Assembly (NCBI GenBank): GCA_016930515.1
Contig: JAFGGO010000131.1
Span: 1 to 18,195 of the forward strand
Origin: Promethearchaeota archaeon
GTDB taxonomy: Archaea > Asgardarchaeota > Lokiarchaeia > Sigyniarchaeales > SOKP01
Reading direction: 5' to 3'
DNA length: 18,195 bases
Shown piece by piece: positions 16,177-18,195 of this stretch. Below the pieces are notes generated by a model, which saw only the letters and a list, made by a program, of their open reading frames with translations, did no database searches and was not told the origin of the DNA. The position numbers and the translations under genes were made by a program. Position 1 is the stretch's first letter; each line of letters opens with the position of its first letter.

Positions 16177-16503
16177 TCATTCGATTAAATCGAATAAAGA
16201 TTTGATTTTAAAACAATCTATTACTTCTTTATCTCGGATTATCTTTTCTCGCGTAAATTAACCATCTATGCTAGTAAGTTTTATATCTATTGAGCGAATT
16301 TCTCCTGGTTCGAGAGAACAGTAGTTGTCGGAAGCTGTAAAATCCAGAGAATCGTTCTTTATATGAACATACAAAGTTATATGCTTATTGATCATTGTCA
16401 AGCAAAATTTATGGTCGAATTTGTCTATTCCTTCAATTCTCTCAATTATAAACTAAATTTATGGATTCTTTTGCGTGATAATGAAGTGCTTTCCATCGAA
16501 CAT
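16177..16503 (-). pseudogene. Decayed C-terminal Ig-like domain of a GH2 beta-mannosidase
   Basis: One frame reads MFDGKHFIITQKNP*I*FIIERIEGIDKFDHKFCLTMINKHITLYVHIKNDSLDFTASDNYCSLEPGEIRSIDIKLTSIDG*FTREKIIRDKEVIDCFKIKSLFDLIE*. It contains the beta-mannosidase hallmarks YV.I...SDNY..L.PGE and terminal .I.SL.D, with three internal stops and no catalytic domain. Confidence 0.7.
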
Positions 16504-16538
16504 AATTTTTAAAATAAAGGGTTTTTTCTTAGGATCTT

Positions 16539-16958
16539 ATGAGATTTCTATCATTTCATTGTGAATATTTTAGATATGAAGTAAAGAAGAAAAGCCGTTC
16601 TAAAATTTTTGAACAGGTTAATGAGAACAATAAAACAGGATCATTAGAAAATACCATTGTCCTATTTATCAGCATAGAAAAAAAAGACGAAGATAATTAC
16701 GATTATTTATCTCAAGCGATTTTCGAAATAGAGGCCATTGCTAAACAATTGAAAGTATCCAATATAGCACTCATTCCTTTCGCACATCTTTTTGGAGAAT
16801 TAAGCGATCAAGAATTTGGACTAAATGCATTAAAAGCTTTACAAGAAAATTTGGAAACGCTCGGATATACTACTATAAGACCATCTTATGGTTGGTTTAA
16901 CGAAATTGAACTTAAAGCAAAAGGACATCCCCTTTCAAGAATATCCCGCAGAATTTAA
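16539..16958 (+). CDS. Free-standing archaeal-type threonyl-tRNA synthetase editing domain (DTD-like fold)
   Basis: MRFLSFHCEYFRY, FISIEKKD, PFAHL, YGWF, KGHPLS; 139 aa with no catalytic or anticodon-binding domain. Confidence 0.88.
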   Translation: MRFLSFHCEYFRYEVKKKSRSKIFEQVNENNKTGSLENTIVLFISIEKKDEDNYDYLSQAIFEIEAIAKQLKVSNIALIPFAHLFGELSDQEFGLNALKALQENLETLGYTTIRPSYGWFNEIELKAKGHPLSRISRRI

Positions 16959-17062
16959 CTAATTTTCAAGAGAATATGAAAAACTGGAAAATTAAATTGT
17001 TCAAATATTCAAAACTTCGATTTAAGTTTTTATATATTGAAATTTTTTATTTATCATTTTTT

Positions 17063-18109
17063 TTAGATTCGACTCAGGCTAATTAACGACTGCCCTTCAA
17101 TTAATTGGTGCAAAGTGTCATTTACAACGAGGGAAATGTCTTGAATGATAATCTTTTGTTCTGATTGGAGCTTCTCCAATCTCTTTTGGAGGGAGTTTTT
17201 AATAACCAGTTTAAGTTCTTTGAAGTTAATCTCCTCAACTTGTTTCAGAGGTCCTAATTCGTCTTGGATTGCAAGCTTTAACAAACCTCTTGTTGCTGCA
17301 GGGCTGAAGTTCAGTTTTATTGATAAATACTCTGCTAAAAATTTTATAATTTCAATTAATTCCTTTTCTGAAAACTCAAGAGTATCTGATGGTACATAAT
17401 TCTTATTCACATATTTTTTAAACCATTTTTGTGTTATCATCGCAAGAAAGGTTCCTATGCAAAAAGTAAGTATAATAGACACTGAAACCCCGAAAACAAT
17501 AAGACTGCTCAGGGGTGTTGGATCACCAAAATCCGAGCCATATGGGATAAAGAAATACAATAAGGGTTGCAATATCATTAAAAAAGATGTGAATGTCAGA
17601 ATCTTATATCTCATCAAAATCCAAGGTTCAACAGCTCTTTTTTTAATCTTGTTATAAGCCGAATAAGCCGAATATGTGTTCCATCCAAAAACAACTAATC
17701 TTTCCACAAACAATTGAAAAAAAAACAGATAAAAGGTTAAAGGAGATAAAAAAAATGTATACATGTAGGAAAACATGCTCACGACGAAATAATTTACTAT
17801 ACCTGCTATAAGAACAATCTTAACTGTTATAATGGGTCGATCTTGATAAAAGGTTTGATTTGCAAATAAAATAAAGAAAAAAAGACCAAAGGAATCGAGT
17901 AAGGTTTCTAAAAAGGGAGGGAAACCAAAAACAATGCTTCCAATTTGAGAAAAAAAAACAATAACTATCATTAATCCAAAATACAAGGTATTCCTAAGTT
18001 GCAACTTTATCGATCGAACGATTATTACAGAGCCGATTATCAATAAGCCAATAGTATATGCAATTGTTAAGAGAGCAAATACTAAATATAAAAATTCAGA
18101 AAAAAACAC
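17063..18109 (-). CDS. Hypothetical 7-TM membrane protein with a roughly 105-aa C-terminal soluble helical domain
   Basis: Seven hydrophobic segments in residues ~6-225, linker KWFKKYVNKNY...FSEKEL, then an amphipathic domain (SPAATRGLLKLAIQDELGP). GTG start. Confidence 0.75.
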   Translation of the reverse strand: MFFSEFLYLVFALLTIAYTIGLLIIGSVIIVRSIKLQLRNTLYFGLMIVIVFFSQIGSIVFGFPPFLETLLDSFGLFFFILFANQTFYQDRPIITVKIVLIAGIVNYFVVSMFSYMYTFFLSPLTFYLFFFQLFVERLVVFGWNTYSAYSAYNKIKKRAVEPWILMRYKILTFTSFLMILQPLLYFFIPYGSDFGDPTPLSSLIVFGVSVSIILTFCIGTFLAMITQKWFKKYVNKNYVPSDTLEFSEKELIEIIKFLAEYLSIKLNFSPAATRGLLKLAIQDELGPLKQVEEINFKELKLVIKNSLQKRLEKLQSEQKIIIQDISLVVNDTLHQLIEGQSLISLSRI

Positions 18110-18195
18110 TGCTTTTCCAACGCTTTAATACAAGAATTATTTATAATAATAGCATTATGTACTTTTTTTCTTATATAAACCTATCATTTCTTAAA

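Noticed and set aside
16177-16503. Stop-codon readthrough or recoding as the explanation for the interrupted GH2 frame
   Set aside because: The stops are mixed TAA and TAG, both are used as true stops by intact genes in this window, and the catalytic domain is missing, so decay is simpler.
891-17657. Short alternative-frame or antisense ORFs in the track (e.g. 891-1079, 1080-1340, 2267-2455, 3932-4454, 5128-5808, 6115-6402, 7405-7644, 10003-10530, 13177-13383, 13845-14075, 14333-14575, 15112-15490, 17145-17657)
   Set aside because: All overlap well-supported genes and lack recognisable motifs; the poly-Phe ORFs are simply the antisense of the poly-Lys tail.
1-18195. CRISPR arrays, tRNA/rRNA genes, intact IS elements
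   Set aside because: No regularly spaced direct repeats, GC-rich structural RNA segments, transposase ORFs or terminal inverted repeats were seen.

Overview
AT-rich, gene-dense archaeal DNA, most likely from an Asgard archaeon (Lokiarchaeia/Promethearchaeota-like). This assignment is inferred from Alba, an S26B signal peptidase, an archaeal-type ThrRS editing domain and a single-domain gelsolin (a eukaryotic signature protein). In order, the window holds: a YehL/YehM/YehP-type operon (MoxR AAA+ ATPase, DUF5682 protein, VWA protein), a gelsolin-domain protein, a HAD phosphatase with a poly-Lys tail, DUF47 and a PiT phosphate transporter, a FadH-like flavin oxidoreductase, a MaoC hydratase, an M28 glutaminyl-cyclase-like protein, a TauE exporter, signal peptidase I, Alba, a surface-anchored Zn-dependent PLC/P1-fold enzyme, a free-standing ThrRS editing domain and a 7TM protein with a soluble C-terminal domain. 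Reading outside the ORF track adds four things: (i) the VWA gene must start upstream of its annotated ATG, probably at a non-canonical ATC; (ii) a decayed GH2 beta-mannosidase C-terminal fragment at 16177-16503 (-); (iii) a probable decayed serine-recombinase fragment at 8324-8510 (+); (iv) a structured leader and operator-like palindromes upstream of alba. No rRNA, tRNA, CRISPR array or intact mobile element was seen. All family calls come from motif recognition, not database searches.
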